From assembly GCA_028534125.1 (NCBI GenBank), contig CM052818.1:42658001-42722000 (forward strand): a stretch of 64,000 bases of DNA, written 5' to 3'. Numbering within the stretch: position 1 is the first letter of the stretch; the number at the start of each line of letters is the position of its first letter. The stretch is from Lama glama. Lineage: Eukaryota. Of the stretch, positions 11,771-24,924 are shown in pieces. The translations under genes were made by a program, and so were the position numbers. Under the pieces are notes generated by a model. The model was not told where the DNA came from. It saw nothing but the letters and a program-made list of their open reading frames with translations, and did no database searches.

Positions 11771-12789
11771 GCTCAAGAAACACCAATTTTAGTCTCCTTT
11801 AAATGGATGTACATTTTTATGAAAGGTACGTCCAGGTGTTTACCCACTTGGTTTTCGTGTGACCATGTAAGCCCGGAGGCAGATGGTACCCCAAGAGAAC
11901 CACAGCAGGCCATGAGCGTCCCTGCCCCCTTGCCCCGCTATCCTGTAAAAATATCAGTTTCTACGTGTGGCGTGGTGTGAAAAAAGTTGGGAAGTACCGA
12001 CCTGCTGTGTGCGACACGGTGTGGTGGAGACGAAATAAGACCAAATCACCGGATAGCTGTGACATCTTAGGCATGCACTCTGTCCACCTGCTGCTCGATT
12101 CTGCCATCTCTACAGTCATGTAAAGCTGGCTATTTTAATGATCATGAATATAGATAATGCAGGTAAAATGCACAATTTGGATGTGACCTCCTAGCCACCT
12201 TGCTCTGTGTTTTTGCTTATGCTCTGAGTGGCAGATAGGGGAGTAGATAAGAGCTAGCTGTGCAATTCAGTGGAGGAATAGCCCCCCAGAGATAATAATA
12301 ATACTGATGGGAGTTATTATTATTTAGCGTCAACAGATAGGTATTGCCAGCTCTTTAAAAGCAGTCATGCAGCTCAGGTAGACTTTGGCAGCTGAGTTAA
12401 GTCCAGTCTCCCTTTCTTGCCCCTCATGCCCTTACTCTTGTAACATCCTCTGTTGGCCCAGGTCTTCATCCTTGATCCTTGGCTTCTTTTATTCAGGGCC
12501 TCTCCTATTCAGACTTCTAACAAAGACCTCTGCTTTCTGCAGCTGACTTGGAGCCTTGACTCAGTGGGAAAAAACAAAAAAACAAAAAAACCCACCCCAA
12601 AAAACCCCAGATATTTACCACTAGGCAATTAAACAGAAAGTATTAGCTATATGTTTTCATTTAAAAATAATTAAAATCCACACAGAAAAAGAAATCTTGT
12701 TTCCACCATCTAAAGATATTATCTTAATGTTTTGTTGTATCTACATTCAGAATGATTTTTTATTGAAAAAAAAACCCACAAACATCTCA

Positions 12790-13560
12790 ATCCAAAATCT
12801 ACAAAACATCTCTGAATCTTGTTTTTCTCTCCTTCCCCTTTTTACATTCAATCCATCAACAAGTCCTGTGGATTATACCTCTGACTGTACCTCAGATTCA
12901 TCCACCTCTTTGTTTCCACTGCCCTCCCCTCACCCAGCCACTGTCATTTCTTACTTGGTTCACTCCAGTAGCCTCCCAGTTCATCTCCTTGTTTTCACTC
13001 TTGGTTCACAGAATTCATTTCACTTTTCACAGTTTAAACTGAATCTTGTTATTCCCATCTAAAGAACTCTCTAGAGGCCTCCCACTGCACCTAGGGTAAG
13101 ATCTAGATTCCTTACCAGTGGCTTAAAAGACTCAGTATGACTGATCTGTCTACCTCTTCTCTGCTTCCCTTTAAGCATTCTTTTCCAGCCATCTCGCCCC
13201 AGGACCTTTGCATTTCCCATTTCCACCACCTGGAACATTAACCCTTTGGCTTCTGCACACGGCTGCTCTTTCCCCATCTCAGTTCAATAGTGCTTCCACG
13301 GGAAGACCTTTCCTGCTCACCAAACCCAAGCAGCCTCTCCAGACACCTGTTATCAGATCACCCTGGTATATTTCCTTCTTTGCACACATCATGTTCTTTC
13401 TTTTTTTTTTTTTAATTCCCTTTTTTTAGAGAAGGTAAGATGCAGGGGGATCATGACCTTGCCTAACATGTATTGCTGTACCCAGTGTTTCAAATAATTC
13501 CTGGCAATATATAATCAGTATCCAATAAATACGTATTGAACAAGTTAATGAACAAGTGAA
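12790..13560 (+). mobile_element. L2 LINE 3' fragment
   Basis: caatccatcaacaagtcctgt...ccaggacctttgca...cctggca...caataaatacgtattgaa. Confidence 0.85.
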
Positions 13561-14155
13561 AGAATAAGATCATGGTAAGTATTCCTTTTTGTGATTTTGG
13601 GTTTTCACTTCCTAAAATGTTAAGCTGTTATCTCTTAAACCTGAAAAAATGCCCACAGACGCACCCTCACCCCACCCCAAGAGCTGACTTACACATGAAC
13701 AAATGCGAAAAGTATTTACATTCCTTACACCTGTAATTCTTACATGGCTCTAGAAACAAAACATATTTACAAACTGCATACCAACAAAGCTCAAAACAAA
13801 TGCAATTCAAATGGACAGTATTGTCTTAATGTGGTAAATGGTATTTCGATGATACTAAATCACTACTCACAGGTAAATAAGTATTGATTGCTGTGATGTG
13901 GGTTCTTCTGAATTCACAGGACTATCCTGTCATTTGCTTTGTGACAGTTCAATTTTTTTCATGATTTTCTCTCTTTGCAATAACTTCAACTTCTACATCA
14001 TGCTGTGACTTATATTCATTTGGAATGAATGTGATATACTGGAAACACACTTACCTCTGGTCTTTTCTCATTAGCCTTTTTCAATTAAGTCTTGCTGCTG
14101 GATATGATGTGATTTTAAATCTAAAGCAAAGAGGCCAGTGGAATCATGTTTCAGG

Positions 14156-14250
14156 CTTTTTTTTTTAATTCTTATTTTTTATTGAAGTGTAGTCGATTTA
14201 CAATGTTAGTTTCAGGTGTACAGCAAAGCGATTCAGTTACACATACACTG
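14156..14250 (-). mobile_element. Short L1 3' terminus
   Basis: polyT + attgaagtgtagtcgatttacaatgttagtttcaggtgtacagcaaagcgattcagtta. Confidence 0.85.
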
Positions 14251-15414
14251 GCTTATGTGAACTGCTTTCTCTGCCTGGGACATCCTCATCCTTTCTCACG
14301 TGTCTGCCTGGCAAACTTACCTGCACTCAGCCTCACTCCTGCCTCCTTTGTGGAGCCTTTCTAAATTCTCTGGAGTGACTAGGGTCTTCCTTCTTCTAAA
14401 CTCCTGCTAAACTCTGCCTTTCCTCCATTTAGCAAAGTTCTCACAGGATTTCAGTTGTTTTGCTGTCTGAAATACAGACTGTAAGTTGCTTGAATCTGGG
14501 GACCGTTTTTTTTTTTTTTCCTCCTATTCCTAAATTCACAGTAGCTGGCAAAGCTCTGACAATGAGGTCGACCCTAGTAAATGTCTGTTTTGTGAACAAA
14601 TGGATTGTCGTGGACTCGGAGAGGAAGGGCTCATTTCTAAGGCCATTACACCCACTGCATTTCTGGATGATTAGCATTTAGTTAGTGATCACAGCAAGTC
14701 ACTGAGGCCATGGGGACTCTGGTGAAATTGACTTTGTCTAGAGATAGGTGCTGGGAGAGGTTAACCCTCAGTAAACCAGGGACCATGTGCTACCTACTTT
14801 ACAGGGGGTTGACACTGTACCCAAACCTCTATTTGCCAGCAGAACCTGTACAATATAAAAGCTTTATCAAGAGTGTCGCACCTGAAGGCGGCCAGAGCCC
14901 CAGCGCATGGCTGCCCAGAGCATCATGGGGCACGCTGGGGTGTCTCATTCGGCAGATGGCTCTCAGGTGGCAGAATCAACACGTGTGTGTTAGGAGAACC
15001 CAGCTGTCTGTTATCCCAAGAGAGAGCACCCATCTTTTCCAGATGCCAGGTATATATACTTTATTTTAACAACTTTCTTTCTTCCTGGAAACTGGAATTC
15101 TGTAGGTGGGACTAGGTGAGCCGAGCGCACAGTAAGAACACAGAGGGAAATCTCCAAACGTTTTCCTTCAGGTTGAATGATTCGCTTGCTTCCCCTGAAG
15201 TCCCTTCCTTTCCTGCACACCTACTGTTTCTCATACATTTCTCTTGCTCCTCACTGCCCTGAGGGAATTCTGAACATTTCCTTATAGGAACTCTACACAT
15301 GATGTCATAGCAGAGTCCTTCCAATTCCACCCCTTCCTCGTTGTCCTCTCTGATCACCACTGCTTTCTCTCTTTTCGGAATTCCACTGGGTTTGCTGTTT
15401 GGTGTTTAGTCCAA

Positions 15415-15556
15415 ACCATACTTCTCTGAGTTTCGTGTGTGCACGTCCCTGGGTGGGGTTTGTTAGAGTCGGAGCTGGGCCAAGGGTCCGCATCTCTAAC
15501 AGGCTTCCGGATGACATCCTTGCTGGTGGCTAGTGGGCCACACTTTGTGTCACAAG
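15415..15556. mobile_element. MER5A-like hAT-Charlie
   Basis: gggccaagggtccgcatctctaacaggcttccggatgac...gggccacactttg. Confidence 0.65.
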
Positions 15557-17062
15557 CGTTTCGACTACTTGGCTTTGAGTGTCTTCCTCCCTCTCCTCCT
15601 CCTTCCCTCCCTTCTCTCCATTCCGCTTTCTCTAAATATTTACTGGGCTCCTTGTAGATTTTATACTGCGTGAGGAGCTGTCCTTTTGTCATTTTAGAGG
15701 TAAAACTCACCTCTTAATAACTTTGTATTTTTATTTGCATTTTCATCTCGTTTACCTGTACATTTATACCTTTACTCATTATTCAGATGTAGAGTCTTTT
15801 TTCTTTAAACCTCAACAATTGTAATGTCCTTGAAGGCCGATGATTGACTGCCTACAACAGCGAGCTGGTATTTTCAGGGAAAATAGCCCCCAGGCTGAAA
15901 CCGGCAAATCTGGGCTCAATCCCAGGTCTCCTTCTCATTTACGACACCTGAGATTTGAGCAAGTTCTTCAGCCTCTGCGTCTCAGTGTGGTCGGCTGGGA
16001 GGGAGGAGTAACAGTCGCTGTGAACACGGCGGGAGATGCTGCTTGTTTGCCGAGTGTCCGGCACAGGGTTTGGCCCCTCTGGCTCTGAGACGAGTTCATT
16101 TCCTCCCCGCCTGCTTGGCCCGATGGGCTCCGAGCGTCTAGGGATTTAAGTGCTGGGTGGGTCGGGCAGAGCATCCCGGAAGCGGTGCCTGCGGGAGGCT
16201 TAGTTTCCTTCTGCGCTAGTTCGCATTTTGAAACTTGGAAGATTTCACAGTATGCAGGCACCTGCTGATGTTTTTGTTGATTTCAAATTTTATTTAAGAC
16301 AATGCTTTGAAATTCCCATTTGAAGCTCTGAGGAATGATGGTTGATATTGTCACTGAGGTTTAAGATAAACCAGGCACTTTCTGTATCGTAAAAAGAGCA
16401 AAAGCAACTGTATTTTTACTGCTAGTTAAGTTACCACTCGAATTGGCTGCAGTTTCAAGTTCTACTAAAAAAAATTCTGTTACTTGATTTTGCGTTCCAC
16501 TGGCAAAGAATGAAATAATCACTGGGAGAAATTTTAAACCTCAGAGAGCTGGAGTATGCCATGGGATAGGACCCTGACCTGCTATAGAAAGAAAAACTGT
16601 CTTTTAGTCCTGCATTTCTAACAACTTGCTGTGAGCTCTTCATAGAAATAACTTTTATTCTAGGCTCTGTTTCCTCATTATAAGATGAACAGGTAAGACT
16701 AAATGATCTGTAAGATCCTTTTTTTTTGGCTCTTAGAAAGAATGGCAACTCTGATCCGTATTAATTTAGTTACAGGGATTGGGGAAATGAAAACTTCAGT
16801 CAAGTAAAACAACTTCTTCATAAGCTTTACAAATGAATAGTGTAAGCGCGATTATAGGAAGAAATGGTTAAAATGCTTGAGAGAACACTTTCAAGTAATT
16901 TGAAGCCGTTGAAGAATATGGATTTAGATACAAAAAAACTGATGGGCTAATTGCAACCCATTCTTAACTGCTCATTAATGCACGAGAACATGCTTTGCTT
17001 AAATTGAGTCCCTGTAGATTCTTGACAGGGATAAAAGTATACCGCTTTAAAAAATCCTACCT

Positions 17063-17227
17063 AGGTGGGGAGGGTGTAGCTCAGTGGGAGAGTGCGTGCT
17101 TAGCATGCACAAAGTCCTGGGTTCAATCCCCAGGACCTCCCTTAAAAAAAGTCTAATTACTGCCCCCCTGGCCAAAAAAAAGAAAAAATGTTCTTCTCAA
17201 CTACTTGACTATACTTCAGTTAAAAAA
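17063..17227 (+). mobile_element. tRNA-Ala-derived SINE (Vic-1-like) with an extra L1-like 3' tail
   Basis: gggtgtagctcagtgggagagtgcgtgcttagcatgcacaaagtcctgggttcaatcccc (A and B boxes); TSD aaaaaatcct(a/g)cct at 17049-17062 and 17228-17241. Confidence 0.92.
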
Positions 17228-17284
17228 AAAAAATCCTGCCTTCAATTTGTGTTTGCTCTGCTAATTCATGTTGTGTCAGAGCAG

Positions 17285-17500
17285 TTATACAGTGTTTCCA
17301 AGCACAGGCTCTGGTCCCAGATTCTGGATTCAAACCCTGGCTCTGTCACTTAGAGCCTGTGTGACCTTGGGCAAGTCACTCCGCCCCTCTGTAGAAAAAG
17401 CTTCAAACAGTCCTCACCTCACAGGTTAATGATGAGGATTACTGAAGGATTCTTTTTAGAAGGTTGCCTGGGACACAGTTCATGTTCAGAAATTGTTGTG
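17285..17500 (+). mobile_element. MIR SINE
   Basis: ggctctggtcccagattctggattcaaaccctggctctgtcactta...tgtgtgaccttgggcaagtcact. Confidence 0.85.
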
Positions 17501-18212
17501 TTATCATAGCTTCATTTTCATGATTAATTTAGGTATGATGTATAATCTTATAATTTTATATTCATAACAGGTTTTATCCTTAAAATGTCCATTGCCTAGG
17601 TTCAAGCTGCTCACATTGTTGCAGTTTTCATGTCACATCCTGTGATGGGAAGGAAGTGGCTGGGGACAAGCAGGTATCACTTTGGCATGTCACCTCGTGA
17701 ATTTTGCTATCTTCATCCATTCATAAGAATGGTGGGTTGGATTAAAGTATTAGATTTGTTTTGCTTAATTGGGGATTTACGGCGTTTGGAGGGTTGATAT
17801 GCATGCAAAATAACGCGAGTAGGTGCAGTTTTCTAGGGTTAAGGGCTACACTAGTCATCATGTTCTCAGATGGGCCCATGAAGGGTTAAGAGCCTCCTGT
17901 CCCGAGGACCCTCCGCTGCCCTTTTGACTCTATAACGTCCCACAGCTAAAGGAGTTTGGGTGAAATCACTTGGGGGAACAGGTTTTCTGGGGAAATTGAG
18001 AACTGAAACCATTTCCTGGTAAAATAGAAAACCGGTATTTTTGACAGTTCCTTCTGGCAATAATAAGAACAAGAAGAAATAGAGCCCAGATTTTCAACTG
18101 ACAAATGACCCACTTGTCCCTCTATTTCAATGGGACAAACGCTACCCACTCAGTTCTTTGAGGAAAATTTGTATTATTGTCAGGGTTGTTATTCAAGATT
18201 TAGACCTGTGTG

Positions 18213-18215
<3 letters not shown>

Positions 18216-18245
<30 letters not shown>
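18216..18245. repeat. (AC)n microsatellite
   Basis: Direct reading. Confidence 0.95.
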
Positions 18246-18247
<2 letters not shown>

Positions 18248-19883
18248 ATATAATGATTACATTGATATTTTGGGAGTGTTTCGGGGTGTCATTCTTGATT
18301 TTTCTAACAAGACAAAAGGATGAACATTTTTTGCTTCAGTCGCACCACTAATCACTCTTGGTTGATCAGGTTAAGTTCTCTTGATTGGCTGTACTGTGAC
18401 TGAATCCTTTCCCTGTGTAAGGACCTTGGAAGACAGACCGGCAGAGTTGGGGCTGGGTTCTAGGCTGGGGAAATTAGCAGGGAATTTGAGACTCAGTACA
18501 TGTGGGGCTGGGAAAGTGGATAAGACTCTCTTTAAAGGAAGACGGGAGAGGCACTTCTAAGCTGAGAAGAGCAGTACCACCAAATCCAGAGGAGTTAGGG
18601 GTGATGTCAGGCTCAAGATGCCAGAAGATTGAAGTTGGGTGACAATGTCACTGAAGACTCATTGATATACTCTGCAAAATGGGAATGAGAGCGACCTTTC
18701 ATGCTGTGAAAAAAATCAGTGTCCTGTGATGCTGCACACTTTCTTTCTGGCAACCAAGCCACCACCTCTCCATGGCAGCACTAGTGGCTTGAAAGAGTAT
18801 CCAAACTCCAAATCCTAGAGAAGCTGCTCACGTAACTGATCTGGCCTGGCCACCTGTGCCCAAGGGCGCTGCTGTGCGAGGCAGCTTGCCCACGCTGATG
18901 CGGGCTGGCTCTGGCCAGGCTCCATCCTTTTAAGAGTTGCTGCTTCCCCTTGCTCCTTCCTCTGAGTAACAGGAGCGCTCCTGGCACTGTTGTATCCAAC
19001 CCTTCCCTGCCTTTCCTCTTAAAAGTTTCTCGAGAGTCCTTTCGAATTGAGATTTTTTTTTTAAAAAAAGCAATAAGAAATAAGTAGACAACTCACTCAA
19101 CATGTGTATCACCTCTAGTTAGTAAACGATCTCCTGTGTACATATTTAAAGAATATTGCAAATGATACATGCTTTTCATTGGAGTGTGGTGAAACTGTTA
19201 ATTATGCAACACCCCTTACTGGGAAACTGGCTAGAAAGACTTTTGTCTGTGACCTGGTTCTATTGGGATCTTCTCCTTCTTTATCTGGTTTAAATCTTTG
19301 AAATCCTCCCAGTTACTTCTGTGTCTTAGGCTTCTTCACAGTCCATACCAATCCACCTTGGACCATTCAGTAATTTCAGTTTCTTCTCCATCTTTCTATT
19401 TGTCTCAATCTCTGTCTCTGCCTAGACTTCATTGGTCGGTGCATATATATATATATGTATGTATGTATTTTAACCTTTTGCTAGTGACATTGCTATTTTC
19501 TGTTTTACAGAAGAACTAACTAGAAATCTTAGAAGTCTTGGTCTTGGCCTCTGTAAAAATACACCAGCCATAAAACTCATCCTCCTGGTCTCCTGGGGTT
19601 GGAAGGGTTCTATAAGCAGAAGAGGATTTGCAAAGAGAAAATGGCTCTGCTATGGGATTTACCTAGAAAAATCTTTTATTCCTTCCTTCTTTCATTCATT
19701 CACAAACATACTCTGAGCGCCTCATATGTCCCAGGCATTCAGATAGAATCTGGGGAAACAGAATTAAATATGGAATCATCTACTGTCAAGGAGCACAAAG
19801 TCTGGTGGGAAAAAAAATGCTTGATATTTACAGTGCAAGATGAGAAGTGTTATGAAGAAAGGGGCATGCGAAGCTGTGGGAGC

Positions 19884-20640
19884 TGTGATATTGTGACATT
19901 TGCTAAGAGAAGTATATATGTTTGGTCTTCATCCCTGTTTCTGGCACAGAGTCCCTGAAATTCTTGGAATTTCCGAAGAGATGAGTGATAAAAGTGTCTT
20001 TTGAGTTTATGTTAATGAGGTGACTTTTGGAAAGCCCTTAGATAACCTAAGGATGGGGCCTGGTTGCCAGGGGAACAAACCATGTGAGTAGAGGGTTGGA
20101 CCTTTCAGTCCCACTCCACACCTCTGGGAGTGGGGGCTGAAGATTGAGTCCCATCACCAACGGCCAGTGATTTAATCAGCCATGCCTACTTGATGAAGCC
20201 TTCCTAAAACCTCAAAAGGACAGGGTTCAGAGAGCTTCTGGGTGGATGGATACACGGGGATTCTGGGACTGTGGCACGTCCAGGGAGCAAGGAATCTCCA
20301 TGTGCCTTCCCACATACCTTGCCCAGCCCAGCTCTTCTGCCGGGCTCTTCCTGAGTTAAAATCTTTTTATAATAAACCGGTAAGCATAAATAAATGTTTT
20401 TCTGAGTCTTGTGAGGTATCGTAGCAAATTAATCATCCGAGGAACGGTGGTGGGAACTTCCTATTTATAGCCAGTCGTCAGAAGCGCAGGTAGCAACCTG
20501 GGTTGGTGACTGGCATCTGGAAGGGGAGGGGAGGCAGGGGGAGGCAGCCGTGCAGGATCTGAGGCCATGTCCAGGTAGACAGTGTCAGGACTGAGTTCAC
20601 TGCTTGGTGGCATGGATGAAAACACCCACTGACGGAGCCC
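19884..20640 (+). mobile_element. MER21-family LTR inserted in an L2
   Basis: tgtgatattgtga...ttaatgaggtgact...ggttgccaggggaacaaaccatgtga...gatttaatcagccatgcctac...taataaacc...tgactggcatctg; L2-like sequence on both flanks. Confidence 0.85.
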
Positions 20641-22069
20641 AGAGAATGGCAGTGGGTGCCGCCTAGGATGTTCAGGAAGAACTCTGCAGAGGAGCTGAAC
20701 TTGACCTTAGTCTTGACAAGTGGGTAGGTATTATTTAGATAAAAAAGAGTAGATTAGGAAAGGGCATTTCATGCAGAAGATGTAGATGTTCGAAGACCTA
20801 AACATAGAGAAATATTTCAAGTTCGCAGAAATGTGAGACTGTGCTTCAGCACCTCAGGGGCAGGGAGGTTTTTACTCTGTGGCTCCTTCCTGGGTGTCAT
20901 CTCCAAGCATCCTCACCAGCTGGCCTTGCCGCTTCAGGACTTATTTTTCTCCATTGGCTGCTCTGGAGAGGTTTGGCAGCTGAACCATCTTGTGTCTTTC
21001 CTGTAGGGCTGACACTGACACTTTAAAAACTGTCACAAATACATCAAATGGTTAGACAGCGTTGATCACCCATAGTGTTAAAGAGTTTGATTTTGGTTCC
21101 GGACAGATCATTTCTGTTGTGAGAGACATGCTGGGAAGAGTGGAAAGGCCATGAAAACTGGAGCCAGACAAGCTGAGGACAAGTTCTTACTCTTCCATGA
21201 CCCGCATCTATGATTTTGGGAAAACCACTTAAACATTCTGAGTCTCAGTCTCCTGCAAAATGATGTGTAATAATATTAACTACATTACGAGATTATTGAG
21301 AAAAGTAAACGAGATGAGGGATACAGAGAGAATTTTGAAAGATTAGGGTGTGCTAATAATGGAGGTACCAATGATGAGTGTTACTAGTATGTATCACACA
21401 CGTGCCTACATCTTTAAGTTATAGAAAGTAGTACAGAATAAATCTGGGTTTGGGGAAGAAGAATATCTTGAGGAACTTTTGGAAGGAGGTGAGAAGACAG
21501 CTTACTGGACATGAAGTAGGAGGTGATTTGAAGAGAGCACCATGGACCCGTGGTGCCGGTGCGCAGGGTTTTGAGATCCACCCAATCAGACAGTTGGAGC
21601 AGAGACAAGAGAGGAGAGGTTGAGGGGGTGTGTGCGGGGAGGCGGTGACAGAGCGCTGAAGGCCAGGACGACTGGGCTGCGTGGTAGGAGATGCCGTGGG
21701 TGGAAAGAACTGTAGGATCATGAGCTTACAGATGGGGAGACGGTCCTGGTGAACGCTGCACCTCACACCCACATCCCCCTGGTGAGGACACTAGGTTCCT
21801 GAGTGGTGAAGGGATTCGCTTCTCGTCACAGCCATGGCCAGTGGCAGGACTGACATTCTAACTTGGAAACCCGGACTTTTGGTTTTATTGTTCTTAGCAG
21901 TCGCCTGAAAAAAAGACACTCTATTCAGTCCTAATTGTCATAACTTCAGAGAATAAGCTTAGCACCAGGGTATATTTACAAATACGTTATTGCTCATATT
22001 AATTCCTATTGGTGTCAGCCCTCCTATGTTTACGTATATCAGGAGTCTTCCTCTGCACCTCCGTCACGT

Positions 22070-24370
22070 TATTTATTCACAAATTCATGTACTCACTAAT
22101 TCAAACACACTTTTACTAGGGTTTCCTGTACCCTAAGTACCATATGAAGCAGTGGGGATCTAAAGAAGAACAGGCCCTTGTCCTTAGCCTTAAAGGGACA
22201 GACAGACAGACACCTGCACTACTGTGCATTAAGTGTGTGCAGTAAAAATAAAAATCAGTTTTGAAAGTTGAGGTTGGGTGTCTCGGGGTGATGATCTGTG
22301 AACTGGGTCTTGAAGGATACCTAGGAGTTTGCTGGTTAGAGGCAGGGGATGGAGGTACGTGAAGATAATGAATACTCCAGGTAAGTGATGTGCAAAAGTC
22401 TCATGGCTGCAAAGCAGAGAATTCTGACAGCATCTGATAACCATGATGATGTTATGAGGGAGCAACACCGATGTGAGTTTTGGGGAAACATTGGTAAGTC
22501 TCAGCTAAGTAAAAGGTGACTTAATGGAAAAGATATGAGAAGTTTAAACCCAGAAAAAGTCACCTCTCTTCTAGCCTCAAGAAGAGGCGAATGATTTTGT
22601 GGCGTCACCTTCACGTTGGGAAACCCCATCAGATGGGACGCTGCTTTTTCTGCTCCAGGCAGCGGAGGAGAAATTCCAGAGGCTGTTTTCCCACTTGTTA
22701 AACTTTGGCAGCTGTGACTGGCTCCGCACCTGCAGAGTTTGGTGTCATAACAATGATATTGTTTCTCTAAAACTGAAGTAGTACTGACTGAGCTGTGGGG
22801 CTGCAGAGATGACTATGACATGATCTCTGCCCCCAGGGAATGTACAGCCAGGTGGGAAGACAGACAGGTGGTAAAACACACACGACATAGCGGGATGTGC
22901 GCTGGAGGACGTAGAAGCCAGCAGGGGGTCGAATGTGGCTTGTTTTCCTAAGGCTGAATCTTAAAGAATGAGTAGCAGACAGTGAAATGAGGGGAGGAGA
23001 CTCTTCCTTCCAGAGGGAAAAACAAAACAAAACAAGAAAACTCTCAGAACTCTTGACTATGTGAGGTTTTTAGAGAATATCGATGTGTAAGGGGTAATTG
23101 ATACAAGAGGAGGCCAATCCCAAGAAACCTTCCAGGCTTAGAGGAGTTTAGATTTTATATCGCAAAGTTGGGAGATCCATTGACAGTTTTTAAGCAGAGA
23201 GCAATCAAAATAGTTTTCACTTTTAGAAGAATCATTCTGGGTGCAGTGCAGGGGAAGAAATGAAGAGGGGTAAAATTAAAGACAGGGAAACCAGTCATCT
23301 AGCTCTAGCAGCCACCCTGTAATGAGGTGAAGACGGATTGAATTAAGATATAAAAATTATGGGATTTAATTACCCATTGTGGGAGGGGTGGAAGTGTATG
23401 GGAGTGTTACCAGAGAATAGGTTCTTGTCTTGTTGCAGAAAGAATTCAGAGACAAGACATGGAGGTCAAAGAAATAAAGTGAGGATTTATTAAGCAATAG
23501 ATAGTACGCTCTAAAGGGGCGAGCAGGCAGACTCAGGTGAGTAGCTGCACTGAGTTTCTTTGGCAAGTTGATTATATGGTATGTAAAAATGGATGAGCAG
23601 AATATTCATTGGGGAGGAAGGGGTTTGGGGTTGTATTTTCTGACTTTCATCCCAGCTCCACCTTCCCTAGAAGAGGAGGGATTTTTGTTCTTATTTAATC
23701 TGGATCAGAAGTGTCATGGTGTTGGCGCATGATGGGTACCTCTTATCTGCGAGGCTAATTTTACTGTAATGAGGGCATAGTGAGCAAAAGTTTACTTTCA
23801 GATGCCAGAGATTCCTGCCTTATTCCACCTGTCTTTGCCTCCAGGACACTTGTCAACCCAAAAATATGTGGTTTCTTTTCAGTCTGGAGGTTCTTGCCTT
23901 TCTTTATCTGCTCAAGATGTATGGTTTGATGCCATTTGGCCCATGCCTCCTCCCCCCTTTCTCTGCTCATATCTAGCTATCTGCCTGCTCTAACAAGAGG
24001 AGCTTGCTATGGCTCACAGATTTCCAGTTGAGTTGTCTGGGTAGATAGGCATGAATGAATTCATGTTGAGTAAGGTTAGTAATACAGAAGGAGGACCTAC
24101 TTTGGGGTGCTGGTGTATGTGTGATAAACCGAGCTTTAGATTTGCTTGATTTGAGGTGCCTGTGGGTCCTCCAGATTAATATATCCTGTAGAAAGCTGGA
24201 TTATAGAGGGGAGGGTAGGTCTGGGGCTGGAAAGAGATGTCTGAGCTTAAGATGGAAATCTGAGCATCACCAGCATTTAGGAAGTTGTTGGAAGTGGGGA
24301 GAGAAGGTGATTCAGCTTTACAAGAACAAATAATCAGAGAGGGAGGAGACTGAGGGTTGGACTAAGTGAC
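22070..24370 (-). mobile_element. L2 fragments (several; one interrupted by the 23405 LTR)
   Basis: atttattcacaaattcat...; ccattgacagtttttaagcagag...ttttagaagaatcattctgggtgcagtg; tttgaggtgcctgtgg. Confidence 0.65.
23405..23995 (-). mobile_element. ERV1-class solo LTR (591 bp)
   Basis: TG...CA termini (tgtta...taaca); minus-strand AATAAA near 23486; 4-bp flanks ggag/agag; homologous to 58731-59322. Confidence 0.88.
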
Positions 24371-24424
24371 TTCTCCTTTTAAAATTATAAACCATAAACT
24401 TCAGATCTTTTTCATTGTTTTTTT

Positions 24425-24924
24425 NNNNNNNNNNNNNNNNNNNNNNNNNNNNNNNNNNNNNNNNNNNNNNNNNNNNNNNNNNNNNNNNNNNNNNNNNNNN
24501 NNNNNNNNNNNNNNNNNNNNNNNNNNNNNNNNNNNNNNNNNNNNNNNNNNNNNNNNNNNNNNNNNNNNNNNNNNNNNNNNNNNNNNNNNNNNNNNNNNNN
24601 NNNNNNNNNNNNNNNNNNNNNNNNNNNNNNNNNNNNNNNNNNNNNNNNNNNNNNNNNNNNNNNNNNNNNNNNNNNNNNNNNNNNNNNNNNNNNNNNNNNN
24701 NNNNNNNNNNNNNNNNNNNNNNNNNNNNNNNNNNNNNNNNNNNNNNNNNNNNNNNNNNNNNNNNNNNNNNNNNNNNNNNNNNNNNNNNNNNNNNNNNNNN
24801 NNNNNNNNNNNNNNNNNNNNNNNNNNNNNNNNNNNNNNNNNNNNNNNNNNNNNNNNNNNNNNNNNNNNNNNNNNNNNNNNNNNNNNNNNNNNNNNNNNNN
24901 NNNNNNNNNNNNNNNNNNNNNNNN
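24425..24924. other. Assembly gap (500 N)
   Basis: Run of N. Confidence 1.

Noticed and set aside
21536..21556. REST/RE1-like agcaccatggac within a short inverted repeat (also ttcagcacc at ~20846)
   Set aside because: Lacks the TTC and AG-GCC flanks of a canonical RE1; partial matches are expected by chance.
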